DNA of 64,000 nucleotides from Mobula hypostoma (lineage: Eukaryota). Within the stretch, counting starts at the first letter, position 1. Every line of letters starts with the position of its first letter. The stretch covers positions 62,436,001-62,500,000 of the forward strand of contig NC_086097.1 of assembly GCF_963921235.1 (NCBI RefSeq), given 5' to 3'. Positions 36,080-49,519 of the stretch are shown here, in pieces. Below the pieces are notes generated by a model. It saw only the letters and a list, made by a program, of their open reading frames with translations. It had not been told where the DNA came from and did not search any database. Made by a program: the position numbers and the translations under genes.

Positions 36080-37420
36080 GATTTCAGAACAAAGTAGTCC
36101 ATGTTTTTAACTTGTACGTCTTAGTAAACGTAGTATAACTCTCTACAGGGCAAAGACAGAAAAGGACATATTAATGGTTTATCAGATTATTCAGAAGATT
36201 CAGTATGAATTGATTAGAGAAGCAGAATTTTTAAAGTTCATCCAGGAAGGCATGTGAGTCAATATGTAGATGGCTCTTCTAGAGAAGGAGCAGCATTGAA
36301 TCTCATTTTTGGGAATATAGGCAAAAAGTAGATGAAAGATCACCGGGAGATCATTTCAGAGATGGTGATCATAACTATAAGATGTAAGATTGTCATGGTC
36401 AAAGTTTGGCCAGAAATTTACATCCCGAATTAGATAAGTCTGATTTCAATGTGGTAAGGTCAAGCCCAGCACAAGTGGACTGGGAATAGCTATTTGCAGG
36501 CAAGTCTACAGGTGACCAAAGTTAAAGGCATTCAAAGACAGAGTATTTGGAGTTCAGGGTCAGCATGTTCCCACAATGGTGAAGGGCATGGTAAATACAT
36601 CCTAGAAACTTTGAATATCAATATCATTGAAGTTTGGATAAAGAAAATAAGTAATCTTACTCAGAGAATTAAAAATATGAGACCATACAGGAGAAAGGAA
36701 ATTGTAGGAACCTATTTAAAAATATTACTGGAGGGCAAAAAATAGCATTAATGAACAAAAATAGCGGATCCTTTCAGAGACTAACCCAATCCATGCTAGA
36801 AGGTCATTTCAGGGACAAATCCAAACTTTATGCTAGCAGGACCTTTCAGTAACAACCCTAATTCATGCTAGCAGGACCTTTCAGGGGCAAACCCAATCCA
36901 TGTCAGCCGAATCTCTCATGTGTTCACTATGGTGTAGAATGTTGTAATTCGAGAATTTAGAGGGAAGAACATGGAATTCTAGGACAAGCTACCTTAAAAG
37001 GAAGTATTGGATGCTTTAGTGGCCCTAAGCGTAGATAAATCTCATGGCCTATGGCAGGCAAGGAAGGAGACTCTTGAGGCTTTGAGAGAATATTTCAAAT
37101 CTTCTCTGGCCATAGAAGGCGCATCAGATGATTGGTTGACAGTGAACATGTAACTTTCTTGAAGAAAAGAAACCAGTAATAAGCCAGGTTAATTACATTT
37201 CAGTAAGTGTTATATCATTGCTAAAGAAATTATTGGAAAAATTTATGAGGAACAACATTAACCTACATTTGAAGAGGCAGGAATTGATCAAGGATAGGGA
37301 GCATGACTTTGTTAAAGTTGATTAATTTGACTATTCAGGCAGATGGCAGAGGTCAAAGGCTGTTTATGGGATTGGACCCTACAACATAACACAGGGGACT
37401 AGTATTGGTATCCTCATTGT
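36080..37420 (+). mobile_element. Highly decayed, internally deleted CR1 ORF2
   Basis: Remnants of endonuclease (GDH..DHN) and RT (DKSHG, LLEK, HDFVK) motifs. Confidence 0.6.
36765..36908. repeat. Minisatellite, ~35-bp unit, about 4 copies
   Basis: Unit approximately catgctagcaggacctttcagggacaaacccaatc. atgcta/atgtca anchors at 36793, 36830, 36865 and 36900. Confidence 0.85.
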
Positions 37421-37691
37421 CGAATGAATAAAGGAAGCCAGAAGAGCAGACAGACAGAGTGCAATTATGATGTGAGCAATCGAATGGTTAAAATAAACAC
37501 TGATTTACATGCCTACTATATTTGTCTGACATCCGTGTGGTCTGTCATTTTTGTACGTATTCTTCTAATTATTAATGAATGACTCTAGTTTCAAATTTCC
37601 AAGAAAAATGTGTCCTCCAGGCTGGTTAATAGGTCATGGTTGAAGTTGGTATTGACTACATCTTTTCCACAATATACTAATATTTTAATGG

Positions 37692-37887
37692 ACAAGAGAA
37701 AATCTGCAGATGCTGGAAATCCAAGCAACACACACAAAATGCTGGAGAAACTCAGCAGGCCAGGCAGCATCAATGGAAAAAAGTACAGTTGACATTTCAG
37801 GCTGAAGGGTTTCGGCCCAAAACGTCAACTGTACTTTTTCCCATCAATGCTGCCTGGCCTGCTGAGTTCCTCCAGCATTTCATGTGC
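37692..37887. mobile_element. Short palindromic Penelope-tail insertion folded inside the hammerhead
   Basis: ~70-bp arms at 37737-37806 and 37811-37880. 13-bp TSD aatattttaatgg (37679-37691) / aatactttaatgg (37888-37900). Confidence 0.85.
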
Positions 37888-39164
37888 AATACTTTAATGG
37901 AGTATGTTTACTATCAGTATACAGCAAAGATTGATGTTCCTCTGTTTCTCCAGAAATGTCTCAATCTCCAAGCTTTTCAGAATGCCCAGGGGTGCAAGCA
38001 ACTTGGTTCAATTGGCAAAACTCATTAAACTCTTTGAAGACTATAGGATTATAAAGCCATTTGGCAGAAATATAACTTTTCTTCATTAAAATTAATTGTA
38101 AATGAGATATTCCATTCAGTGCATACAGTAAGCATCAGGCATGTGTCTGCATTTTTAAATTCAAAATTTAACTTTTTCCAACCCCATATTTCCAAGTCTA
38201 CAATATAGGAGGTTCAAACATTGCAAGTTCATGTCACATTCATGCTTCAAGTCAATGAAGATAATTTCGGAAAAGAATATTAATTCAGTGCCTTCACTAC
38301 ATTCCATTCTCAAATCTATCTTTTTTCATCCATAAGATTAAAGGACTTACTCCTCTTTTACTTCTTCATCCCACTGCATATATTTCAAGGAAAATTTAGA
38401 ATGTCTGGCAAATGATTTATAATGAAAGATATTGAATTTTGAAATGTATCTGTTTTAGGAATGAATTTGGTCCCCAAGCCAATAAGAATATTCATCTTGA
38501 TTGTCTTTGAAAAAGATGCATATTTCTGTTTAGAAGCTGGTATTCCTAAATACTTAAATAGAGTACAGCAAATATTTTGCGTAGATAATTTAATAAATAT
38601 CATTTACATAAGATTACAAATGAGCAACAGACATTGGACTTGCCAGTGCTGTTCAAATGCTACAGATGAATGGAGGTTTAAAAATAATAGGAACATATAG
38701 CACAAAGTCACCTTTTTGCATGTCTTGAAACGTTTCTTTTTCAGATGCCCCATCAACATGCAAAATTCATCTTGAGAGAGTTTCAATTTTACTGGAGAGA
38801 AAATATATTTTTTTACTTATAACAACCTGTTTTGATTAATCCCATTTCTCCCAAAACCCCACTAGTTAAAGGATAAACACTGTCTTCTGTTTCTCCCATT
38901 GGATTTTTGACCTCTGATGATTTTAAATAAAACCTGCGTAGTCTATGGAGGTTAGGGTTACAACATTTCTCAGTTTCCTAGCCACTGGATAATACCCAAT
39001 GTCTGTGACTGTCCTCTGCCATACCTCAGTTTCTGCTTGTTGCCATAATAGGCAAGTCAAAAGTTGAAAGTTCATAGGAAATTTATTATCAAATTGTGTA
39101 TATGTTACCATATACTATCTTGAAATTTATATTCTTGAAGGCATTTACAGGAAAAGTAGAAATA

Positions 39165-41400
39165 CCATAAAACATAAGCCCATTAGACTCAGGAGCAGAA
39201 TTAGGCCATTCGGCCCATTGATTCTGATCCGCCATTCCACCATGGGTGGTTTATTTTCCCTCTCAGACACATTCTCCGGCCTTCTCCACATAACCTTTAA
39301 CACCTTGATTAATAAAGAACCTATCAAGCTCCACCTTAAGTATACCCAATGACTTGATCTGCACGGCCATCTGTGACAATGAGTTCCACACATTCACCAC
39401 CCTCTGGCTCAAGAAATTTTTCCTTATGTTCTTCCAAGTGGACATCCTTCAATTCTGAGGCTGTGCCCTCTGGTCCTAAACTCACCACCTACAAGAAATA
39501 TCTTCTTCATATATCTAAAAAAAAACATTTTATATTATCTTTCATAGCTTATCTTCATATTCCATTTTTTTTCTCACTTTATGGCTTTTTAGTTGCCCTC
39601 TATTTGTTTTAAAAATCTTCCCAATCCTTCAAATTCCCACTAATTTTTTCCTTTATTATATGCCCTCTCTTCTGCTTTTATACTGTCTTTGAATTCCCTT
39701 GCCAGCCATAGTTGCCTCAAACTCCTTTTAGAATACTTCTTTATCTTTGGGAAGTATCTTTCCTGCGCCTTCCAAATTTCCCCATAAACACGAGCCACAG
39801 CTGTTCAGCCATTATCCCTGCCAATATCCCCTTCCAGTCAACTTTGGCCAGCTCCTATCTCATGCCTCTGCAATCCCCTTCACTCTAATATAATACTGAT
39901 ACATTTTATTTCATCTTCTTCTCAAACTGCAGGGCAAATTCTATCATACTATGATCCCTCTCTCCTAATGGTTCCTTTATCTTCAGCTTCCTAAGAAAAT
40001 CCAGTTCATTATACAACATCCAAATCAGAATTTCTGTTCTCCTAGAGGAGTCAACCTCCAGCTGATCTACAAAGCCATCTCACAGGCACTCTAAACATTC
40101 TCTCCCTTGTGATTTAGCACCAACCTGATTTTTCCAATCTACCGACATATGAGATCCCCCATGATTATTGTAACATTTCCTTTTTACATACATTTCTATC
40201 TCCTGTTGCAATTTGTAGCCCACATCCTAGCTACTGTTCAGAGGCCCGTATATAACTCCCATCAGGATCTTTTTACCTTTGAAATTCCTTTACTCACAAG
40301 AGTTCTACATCTTCCAATCCTATGTCACCTCTTGCAGGGATTTGATGGAATATTTTTACTAAATGAGCTACACCAACCCACTACCTACCTGCCTGTCCTT
40401 TTGATACAATGTGTATCCTTGGATGTTAGGTTTCCAACTATAATCTTCTTTCAGCCATGACTCAGGGATGTGCACAACATCATACCCGCTAATCTCTAAC
40501 TGCCACACAAAATCATCTCCCTTACTCTGCATACTGCATGAATTCAAATGTAACACCTTCAGTCCTGTATTCACCACCAGTTTTGATTTTGGCCCCCTGT
40601 TACATTTTAACTCATCCCACTCACTGCAATTTTGCCCCATCATCTAATTATCCTGCCTCACAGCCTCCCTGCTTCTAGCTTAACACCAACTGTCCCATCC
40701 TCAGCCTTTTCACTCCACTTCCCACCTCCCTGCCAAATTAGTTTAAACCCTCCCCCATAACTCTATCGAACATGCCTGAAAGGATAATGGTCCCCCTCAG
40801 CTTCAGGTGTAACCGATCTTTTTTACACGGGTCATATTATACCTTTCCCAGATGAGAACTCAACAATCCAGAAATCACAAACCTTGTCCCCTGCAACAGT
40901 TTCTCAGCTATGCATTCATCTGCCAAATCATCCTATCCCTACACTCACTGACACAATGCGCAGACAGCAATCCACAGATTACTACCTGGAGGTTCTGCTT
41001 TTCAGCTTTCTACCTAACTTCCTATATTCCCTCTTCAGAACCCCTTCCCTTTCCCTACCATGGAGCCAGACTCAGTGTCAGAGGCCTGGTCACTGTGTTT
41101 TCCCCCAGGAATATCCAAAGTGCTCTACATTATTGAGAGAAGCAGCCACCGGGAATGAGGAATGATAGATAGGAGCTACAGGAAGTTAATCACCCCTATG
41201 TTGCAGGGGGCAGGCCCCTGGGTGACAGGCAGGAGAGGAAGAGGCAATAGGTAGCCTATTGTACTAATCGAGAAAAAATACTTACTAGAAATTTTCTTAC
41301 TTATTTACTTAGAACTTTGCAAGTTCTCAATCAAGCCCGGTGAGTCAAAACACTGGCCCACTCCAACAATGGCGATTTTGCTTATAGCTCCTTTCCTTTT
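39165..41400 (-). mobile_element. Old CR1 with large internal deletions (3'UTR, endonuclease and ORF1 remnants)
   Basis: NFLSQRVVNVWNSL; LKVLHLNSCSMQSK..YDVVHIPESWL..IQGYTLYQKDR. Confidence 0.8.
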
Positions 41401-42237
41401 ATTGGCCCTACACTGATTTCAGCCCACAGAAAGAAAGCTGAACTAATGCAATAGAATTTATGAAAAATTTTACATAAATGAACAAAGGCTGACAATCAAC
41501 AAATGTGCAAACAAAGACAAGCTGTATAAATATAAAATAATACTGAGAACATGAGTGGTAAAGAGTCTTTGAAGATGATTCTATTGCACATTTTGTCTTG
41601 CCACCTTCTGAAGTATAGGCATTCATAGAGAGTACTCATGTCATTGTAGATAGATCCTTGACAATCTCCTGAAGCAGAATATGGCTGCATCCCTGTAAGG
41701 TCTCCAGAGTCCCCATGCACAAAGACCAAACCTTCATGCAGGCATTGTTCATCACTGGTTTATTCAGCTGCTTCTAATCTCAGGAGAACTCCTCCATCCC
41801 CTCTAATCATTGTATCATCCATTCAGTCAGTAGCAATCATCCCGTATATGGAAGAGTTGTAACTGTTGCATTTCCTTTCAGAGCTGCCTTCAAAAATCAC
41901 TCTGAATGGGATGGATATGCATAGCTCTGAGCACTGCGACATGTTAAGGTCATTTTCGATATGGAGTTACACAGGAAATCTGCACACACTAAACATCTCA
42001 AATTGCTCTCTATGTGATCTCCATATATGACAATAGAATGCATGGTTTTAAAGCCATGAAAAGTAAACATCACAGGGAAATTTTCATGCCTCCGTGTTTT
42101 GACTCCTGCTTTACTGAATGGGTTAGATTCTCAACTAACAGCAGTATTAGGTGCAACGATGTATTAAACTCTTATTACAAACTATAGTCAAGGTATCCTT
42201 ATCCTTTATGGGCTGCATGTGCAAACTCTACCTTGAT

Positions 42238-42520
42238 TCCTTCTTCTTCTTAAGTCCATCACCACTATTGGGGCATGTTGCTGACAGCAGCTTGCCAGAC
42301 TCCTCAATCCCAAACTGAAGGTTAATCAGTCCTGTGGCTTTCACTTTCACCACACGACTTCTTGGAAAATATTCTTCCTCTCTCAGGGATGAGGGCTTTG
42401 AAGCTTCTGTTCATGTCTCTGTAGTTCTGGGATTTTACAGGATGGAGTTGCTAGCCAATTCTCAACCATCCCTCTTTTGCAGTTGGGGTTGGGGCTGTGT
42501 ATGGCAGAGATCACCCTGAT
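42238..42520 (-). mobile_element. RTE-related short non-autonomous element
   Basis: (GAA)n tail on the minus strand and an RTE-like 5' motif ttttacaggatggagttgctagcc. Confidence 0.45.
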
Positions 42521-44547
42521 TTGTCAAGAATCAAAACTCTTTAAGGTGCCTTTTCAGCCAATCCTTTTATATGAGGTTGAGAATATTGTGAATCAATGAG
42601 CTGACTGGTCTTTACTCACTTTTACGTGTTTAAGAAAACTACAGACTGTATTTGGCATTAATACAACAAGTAACTTTATAAACAGGGCTTGCTGCTGGTC
42701 TCAGGGCAAACTGTTTTCAATCTGTTGGTTTAGTGAGATTTTTATTTAGAATGAGTTTACATTAGCCAGATTTTTTTTTTAAATCACTGATCTCTTTTAG
42801 TCCTGGGTATATTGCAGTTTAAACAGGGTGTGAATTTTTTTTTAATATATTGCATAGTGAAAATGAATTAATACAGTTTGGATTGCTTGCTTCTTTATTT
42901 TGGTTACGGTATGCAGTGTCATGCTGGTGGAATTGTCTGAACCAACAAAATAGGGAATTTTAACATAAAGAACATGGCTTGCTACAAATCACATGCACTC
43001 ATTTTTTTCAGCAAATCTTTACACCAGTTTAAAATTCAATTTGTTTGAACCAAGCCGCAGCCAGAAATCATCCAATGTCTCCATGACAATTAGCTCAGGA
43101 AGGTGCTTCAGATTACAATCATTTTCTTAGGCACACAAGCAATATAAGCCACATATTTAAGAGCTATTCTTGGATCTAAAGCTATTTGCTTTTTCCTTTT
43201 AGTCATTTTCAGTCATATTTCATCAGATTACTCACAGGCTGAGAGGCAGGTACCTTTATTAAATATCTAATTTGGTTGTTAAGCCTATTTTAATCTGTTA
43301 CTAAAATTGCACTGGTTTATAGTTCCTAAATCAAGGAATATATTTTAATAAAATATATTTTAAAGAAATTATTAGGTGAATTACCCTGTCAGCAGTTGCT
43401 GGTTCCACAACCTACAAACGCACTTTCAAGGACTATACAACTCAAGTTTTCAGTATTACTTATTTATTTGCAAAGTTTGACTTCTTTTACAAATTGATTG
43501 TTTCTCAGTCTTTGTTTTCATAAATTCTATTTTATGTTTTTATTTTCCTGCTAATGTCTGCAAAAATTGAATCTCAAGATAGTATATAGTGACCTACACA
43601 TACTTTGACAATAAATTTATTTTGATTTTGGTTCACAAAAGACTTTTACAGTCCTGATTGTGGAAATGCAGTTTGGTGAGAACTTGAACTGTGAACCAAC
43701 TGCATCTTAATTTAAGGAATCGAGTAGGTTCATTCTCCAGACAGCACCCAAAGTGGGACTTGTACTCAGTATTGTTTCTCGTCTTCAAGGTAGGTTGTCA
43801 TTTTGAAATGCAAATCATTTGACTTGAGAACAGAACTGTAACCTTGTAAAGAACAGTCAGAGTGAAGATGAAGTAATAATTCCTCAGTAAATCATGTTTG
43901 GGGACCTCACCACTGTCAGGTCATGGAAATTGATTTTAGGTACATGTAATTCATATGTGACTATCTTTCACCCACTGCATTTTTCTTTTAAAATATCCCT
44001 GCTTCTACTGGGAGAAGCTGCTGCAGTTTCCTTGCTGTTGTCTTTAAATAGATTGATTGTGTAAATTGATTTTGTTTGCTGGACAATAATCAAAATCAAC
44101 TCTTTGTTGTGAGTCATATTTTAACCCCATTTCAAGTTCATTGGCTAACACAGTTTGTAACAAGAAATAAAATGTACACATATACTTTGCCTTTCATGCG
44201 TCTGGTATTTGAACAACCACTGCTGTAATCTAGAGAAAAAAACATATATTGCTTCACTTTAATTCAAGTTAATTTAAGAGGTAGAATGCAAGAAATTAAA
44301 ATTTAAGCACTTACAGTTCACTAAATTAGTCACAAACTGCCATGTACTTCCTGGTTCTCAATTGATGGAGTTGAAATGGTTAAAGAAGAAGTTGAAGTCA
44401 GCTTAAGAGTTGGTCCACTGGAACCTGGGAATATAGTTCTGTAGATTCTGATCAAGCATAGCATATGGTGACGTGTGCACGTTACTGAATAAAGTGCCCC
44501 TGTGAGTTAGAAACAATAGTTTAACTATGTAGTAAAGAAGGCAATAT

Positions 44548-44947
44548 ATTAGAAACATAGAAACGTAGAAAACCTACAGCACAATACAGGACCTTCAGCC
44601 CACAAAGTTGTGCCGAACATGCCCCTACCTTAGAAATTACTAGGCTTACCCATAGCCCTCTAAGCTCCATGTACCTATCCAAAATTCTCTTAAAAGACTC
44701 TATCGTATCTGCCTCCACCATCGTTGCTGGCAGCTCATTCCATGCACTCACCACTCTCTGAGTAGAAAACATAACCCTGACATCTCCTCTGTGCCTACTC
44801 CCTAGCAACCATTTCATCTCTGGCAAAAAGTCTCTGACTGTCCACATGATCAATGCCTCTCATCATCTTATACACCTCTATCAGGTCACCTCTCATCCTC
44901 CGTCACTCCAAGGAGAAAAGGCCAAGTTCACTCAACCTATTCTCATA
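44548..44947 (-). mobile_element. CR1 3' fragment
   Basis: FSTQRVVSAWNELP and a (TTTCTATG)n-like tail. Confidence 0.9.
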
Positions 44948-45009
44948 GATATTATATATTATATTTATTAACAAAATTAAATTAAGATTGACAAAGCAGA
45001 GCAAGTGAT

Positions 45010-45209
45010 TGTGGTTATATCACGTGTAATGATGTGCCAGTACATGACTGGACAAAGCACTGAGTATGCGCTGGATTGCCAGAATGTTCCAGCACAGGGC
45101 TGGGTTAAGAAGTGTTTGTTTATTACTGTAAATAAAAGTTCTCTAATTCTTCCAGAATATGATTCTTTACTGTTAACCTACGGTACGTTTAAACAGAAGT
45201 AACATAACA
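45010..45209 (+). repeat. Gypsy 5' LTR
   Basis: TG..CA, 200 bp, about 22 substitutions versus the 3' LTR (counted by eye). Confidence 0.95.
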
Positions 45210-45309
45210 TGGTGTCAGAAGTGGTTCTGGAAGAATAATATGGGAGAATCGAGAATCGAAGATAATTGGAAAAAAAGAGAAGAAAAAAGTTTGAACTGTA
45301 ATTGGTAAA

Positions 45310-48300
45310 ATGGAAGGTTTACAACCTCCACCAAAACTTCAGCTGACTGGCAATGTAGCTGAGAATCGGAGGATATTCAAGCAACAGTTTGAACTGTACT
45401 TATCAGCAATTGATTATGAAGAGAAATCAGAAAAAAAACAAAGCTGCGCTTTTGCTCCATGTAATTGGGAATGACACAGTAGAGGTATATCATAATTTTG
45501 TCTTTGAAGATGGAGATAATTTCAATTTAAAGTCGATAATGGACAGATTTGAAGTATTTTGTATACCTAAGTGTAATTTAACGTATGAGCGAAATAAATT
45601 CTTCACGTGCGCAGAGAGCCACTGAAACAATTGATCAATATGTTACTGAGTTAAGAAAGCATGGTAGAACATGTGAGTTTGGATTGCTCATGGACTCTCT
45701 CATTAAAGATAGACTTGTTTGTGACATTCGAGACATTGCTTTGAGAGAAAGGCTGTTGAGAGAGCAAGATTTAAATTTTGAAAAAGCTTTGGTGATTTGC
45801 AAAGCTTCTGAGACCATGACGTTGCGGGCTGAAGAGCTTTTTGTCGAAAACTGCAATGTAAACGCTGTAAAAAAGTGCGAATACATCAAGAAATATAATA
45901 ATACGTCAACGAAACTGATAGAGAGCACAAAGGCATTGGAAGGAAAAAAGCCATGTGATCGCTGTGTGTGGGAACATCGTCCAAATCAGTGTCCTGCATA
46001 TGGCCAAAAAGGCAATGGCTGCGGTAAGATTAATCATTTTTAACATTGTTGTAAAAGTAGAAAGAAAGAAGGAAAATAAAATGAAACAAGTAAATGCTGT
46101 GCTTGAAGATGAACGCGAGGAACTGTATATAGATGTGCTTTGTGAAAATAACAAAGTCAGAACTAGTCCATTGTTTTCCAAAGTAAGACTATTCCACTGC
46201 AAGTGAATCAAGACAATATTCTGTTTAAACTTGATAATGGAGTGCAAGTAAATGTTCTTGCAGAATCTGAGTTTAATGCTTTAAATCCAAGCCCGAAGTT
46301 ACATCAGACAAATATAAAAGTGACTGGGTATTCAGGTGCAGACATTCCAGTTAAAGGAACATGCGTGGCAAAGGTATCACACAAAAATATCGTGTATACG
46401 CTTTCATTTGTGGTCGTGCCAAAAAATATAGTCAGTTCTGTGTTTATCTGCCTGTGAAATACTTAATTTGGTGAACAGAGTTTTAGTCCTGGATAGCGAC
46501 ACAGAGTCAGAATACAGTGACTTGATGAAAGAGTATGAAGACTTGTTTAACGGGCTTGGTTGTCTTCCAGGAGAGCACTCGATTAAAATTGACAATACAG
46601 TGCAACCCGTAATACATCCATGCAGTGAAGTACCTTTTGCATTATGTCATCAACTGAAAACGTCATCAACTGAAGTTAGACAGAAGGGAAAGGCTGGGAG
46701 TCATAAATAAAATTGATGAACCAACTGAATGAGTCAGTTCCCTTGTCATTGTTGATAAGAAAAATCAAAAACTGAGGATTTGTTTAGATCCAAGAGACTT
46801 GAATCGAGCCATTAATAGAGGGCATTTCAAATTGCCTACTCGTGAAGAAATTATGTCACAGTTTGCTAATACAAAGTATTTTAGTAAATTAGATGCATCC
46901 TCTGGATTCTGGCAACTCAAATTAGATGAACCAAGTTCAAAATTGTGTACCTTTAATACTCCTTTTGCCAGATACTGTTTTCTTAGGCTCCCTTTTGGAA
47001 TTGCATCAGCTCCTGAAGTGTACCATAAAACCATTCACATGTTATATGAGCACATTGAGGGTGTAGATACATCCATGGATGAGATTATTATTTGGGGATC
47101 GACTAAACAAGAGCATGATGCCAGGCTCAGACAAGTCTTTGAGGCAACACGCAAGGCAAACCTGAAACTGAATAAAGACAAATGTCAACTAGGAGTGACT
47201 GAACTTACATTTGTGGGTGATATCATCAGCAATGAGGGTATGCGTCCTGATCCATTGAAGGTTTCTGCTATTGAGAACATGCCAAGACCGCAATGTAAAA
47301 AGGATGTTCAGAGGTTTATGGGAATGGCCAACTACATGGGAAAGTTTATACCCGATCTCTCGGAACAGCTCGCTCCATTGAGGCAGCTAACAGAAAAGAG
47401 AAATGAATGGAGCTGGAACCATGGACAGGAGAAGGCATGGCAAAATCTCAAGAAAGTGCTCACTAAAGAACCTGTGTTGAAATTCTGTGATGCTCAGAAA
47501 CCCATCAAAATCTCATGTAATGCATCTCAAGCAGGCTTAGGGGCAGTATTACTGCAAAAACATGATCAGGATTGGCTACCTGTGGCATATGCATCTCATT
47601 CATTATCTGATCCAGAAACAGGGTATGCCCAAATTGAAAGAGAATTGCTCAGCATTATGTTTGCTTGTGAGAGATTTCATCAGTTTGTGTCAGGGCAATC
47701 TATTGATGTTGAAACTGACCATAAGCCTTTGATTGTATTGTTTATCAAACCTTTAAGTGATTGTCCTTTGCGAATTCAGCGAATGATGATCAAATTGCAG
47801 AGATATGCGTCGAATGTGTCATACACACTTGGAAAATTCATGTACACGGCTGACACACTTTCCAGAGCTGTGGATCCAACAACAAAAGACAGTCAGAGGG
47901 ACATTATTGATGTTCAGGTATCTATTGATATGGTCATTGAAACTGTACCTGTTGCTCCCAAAAAGTTGGAACTGCTGTGTCTTGAGACAGAGAAGGACAA
48001 AATTCTCAATCAGGTAGTACAAGTGGTGTTGGATGGATGGCCAGATAATAGGCATGACTGTACCACAATAGTACAAGATTATTGGAACCATAGATTAGAA
48101 CTGCCTGTTGTGGATGGGATATTGTACAAAGGTAGTAGAATTGTTATACCTAAAAGTCTCCGTAAAGAAATTCTTGATAAAAATCATGAAGGCCACCTAG
48201 GCATTGAAAAATGTAAGAGAAGGGTACGGGAAGTGATATTTTGGCCCAGGATGAATCAAGAGATTGCAGGATTGGTGCCTTCTTGTATCCTGAAGTGTGT

Positions 48301-49002
48301 TGTCTGGGTAGATCGAGTGCAGAAAATGTAATTACATGCATGAAATCGTTTTGTTCAAGACATGGTGTACTTGATGAAGTTTTCACAGACAATGGTCCAC
48401 AATTCAGTAGTGAATGCATGAACCATTTTGTTCCTGAATAGGGCTTTGTTCATACAACATCTAGTCCATTTTTCCCTCAGTCTAATGGATTAGTTGAGAG
48501 ATCGGTGGGAATTGTCAAGAAACTGATGCACAAAGCAAAAGATAGTGGACGTGATTTTTATAAAGCCTTGTTGGCCTTCCGCAGCATGCCACTTGAATGT
48601 GGATTTTCACCTGCTCAGCTCTTGATGGGACGTCGTTTGAGGTCTAATCTGCCAATGGATGAGAGCCTTCTGAGAACAGAGGAAGGTGAACAAGTGAAAA
48701 GATGGAAAGATGAACACAAAGCAAAGCAGAAAATATACTTTGATAGATGTTCTCGTCCATTACCTGAATTACATCAGGGAGGTGAAGTGAGGATACAAGA
48801 CAAAATGATCACATGGACACAGAAAGCTACAGCACTTGAAGATGTACAACCCAGATCATACACAGTCCAAACAGAGGAGGGAGCGGTGGTAAGGAGAAAT
48901 CGCAAAAACCTCAAGAAAGAGCCAACTTCAGAGATTCAGTTAACTGATGCAGACGAGACAAAACATGTAAATAATAACAAGGAAACACAAGATCTGTGTT
49001 AG
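45310..49002 (+). pseudogene. Gypsy gag-pol, broken by frameshifts and stops (longest ORF 46799-48331)
   Basis: Domain order PR-RT-RH-IN across track ORFs 45585, 46203, 46468, 46799, 48241 and 48505. Confidence 0.92.
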
Positions 49003-49122
49003 AAGGTCTTAGAAGGTATACTTGTATTCGTAAACTCACAGAGAGACTGATAGAGACTTGTTGAATTATGTATTTGCTTTGGTTAACTTTGTTAATTGTT
49101 TTTCTTTTTAAGGAAAGGAAGA

Positions 49123-49322
49123 TGTGGTGATATCACATGCAATGATGTGCCAGTACATGATTGGACAGAGCACTGAGCTTGTGCGGGATTGCCAGAATGT
49201 TCCAGCACATGGCTGGGCAAAGATGTGTTTGTTTATTACTGTAAATAAAAGTGATCTAATTCTTCTAGAATATGACTCTTTACTGTTAATCCATGGTATG
49301 TTTAAATAGAAGTAACATAACA
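49123..49322 (+). repeat. Gypsy 3' LTR
   Basis: Follows the PPT and is followed by TSD gtgat (49323-49327). Confidence 0.95.
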
Positions 49323-49519
49323 GTGATGCGTTATAATTGCAGTATGTGAAGCTAATGACACATATTGTGATCTACAGTGACCCTTTCTACAGCGTATCTA
49401 CAAATTGATGTTAGAGTCTGCAATTCTGATACTGCAGTGTATCTGAGAGGGGCAAAATTGCCTGGCTGATTTTTATTCCCAGAAACCAGCCAGGATAAAA
49501 TAAACTAAATAAATTTTAG

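Larger units (their letters stand above)
45010..49322 (+). mobile_element. Structurally complete but inactivated Gypsy (Mag-like) LTR retrotransposon
   Basis: 200-bp LTRs at 45010-45209 and 49123-49322. 5-bp TSD gtgat. PBS tggtgtcagaagtgg (tRNA-Leu type). PPT aaggaaaggaaga. gag, protease (KLDNG), RT (LDASSGFWQ..SMDE), RNase H (ETDHKPL), integrase (TDNGPQF, QSNGLVER). Confidence 0.97.

Noticed and set aside
36765..36908. ~35-bp repeats as a CRISPR array
   Set aside because: The units are contiguous with no unique spacers, the context is eukaryotic, and there are no cas genes.
45005..45202. Paralogous small ORFs at 45005-45202 and 49124-49309 as a duplicated gene
   Set aside because: They are incidental reading frames of the two LTRs.
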